A stretch of DNA of 64,000 nucleotides from assembly GCA_963781585.1 (NCBI GenBank), contig CAWAGQ010000013.1, positions 502,597 to 566,596 on the forward strand, in the 5' to 3' direction. The stretch's first letter is position 1. Each line of letters opens with the position of its first letter. Origin of the DNA: an uncultured Gemmatimonadaceae bacterium (lineage in GTDB: Bacteria > Gemmatimonadota > Gemmatimonadetes > Gemmatimonadales > Gemmatimonadaceae). This document shows positions 63,617 to 64,000 of the stretch, piece after piece. The notes beneath the pieces are model-generated. The model saw nothing but the letters and a program-made list of their open reading frames with translations, had not been told where the DNA came from and did not search any database. The position numbers and the translations under genes are program-made.

Positions 63617-64000
63617 ATGAGTGCGACATCGACGAACCGACCGACCGCCGAAGTGAAGGCGCGCGGGCGCGCGAGCAGCGCGGTCGACCGGCCCGTCTCG
63701 TGCGTGGTCCGCGAACGATCCTGGTTGCGGATCGGCCTGGCCGTGCTGGCCATGCTGCAGGCGCTGGCGCCGGGCATCGCATCGGTCGCCGACGCCCGTC
63801 CGGAAGCCGCGGCCCTCGCACAGCACATCGCGCCCCACGTCGAAGAGTTCGGCGCGAAGCACCCATGGCGTTCACACCTCGACAACTGCGTCCTCTGCCA
63901 GATCGCCGCGCGACACTTCACACCCACGCATCGCGCGCCGATCATCCCGGCCGCAAACGCCCGCGCCCTCCCCGCCGCGGACGTCCTCGCGTGCGCGGTG
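63617..64000 (+). CDS. Second DUF2946-like CxxC protein, truncated by window end
   Basis: My translation: ..WLRIGLAVLAMLQALAPGIASVAD..HVEEFGAKHPWRSHLDNCVLCQ..; not in the ORF track because it has no stop in the window. Confidence 0.65.
   Translation, partial: MSATSTNRPTAEVKARGRASSAVDRPVSCVVRERSWLRIGLAVLAMLQALAPGIASVADARPEAAALAQHIAPHVEEFGAKHPWRSHLDNCVLCQIAARHFTPTHRAPIIPAANARALPAADVLACAV

Overview
High-GC bacterial chromosomal window; gene content suggests Gemmatimonadota or a similar soil lineage (inference). It holds housekeeping genes (purE, uppS, uvrA, pckA, maeB, rpiB) and a complete membrane-bound group 1 [NiFe]-hydrogenase operon with hypABFCDE. A ~12.7 kb type I-E CRISPR-Cas island (cas3-cas8e-cse2-cas7-cas5-cas6e-cas1-cas2, 44 identical repeats, 43 spacers) lies next to tRNA-Asn. 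A CzcCBA-like heavy-metal RND system is flanked by two CxxC leader ORFs, the first ending in RAPP. The most unusual signals are four. (1) A tRNA gene beside cas3 has a tRNA-Leu body but an Ala (CGC) anticodon. (2) The non-palindromic octamer CGTTAGGC occurs 23 times exactly (30 with the GTTAGG core, manual count), forces rare codons and is absent from the cas genes. (3) Degenerate 7-nt-period repeats recur at gene junctions and have entered uvrA and hypD in frame. (4) Eight CRISPR spacers are over-long (35-58 bp), which may be an assembly artefact. All counts and coordinates were read by eye; no database searches were run.
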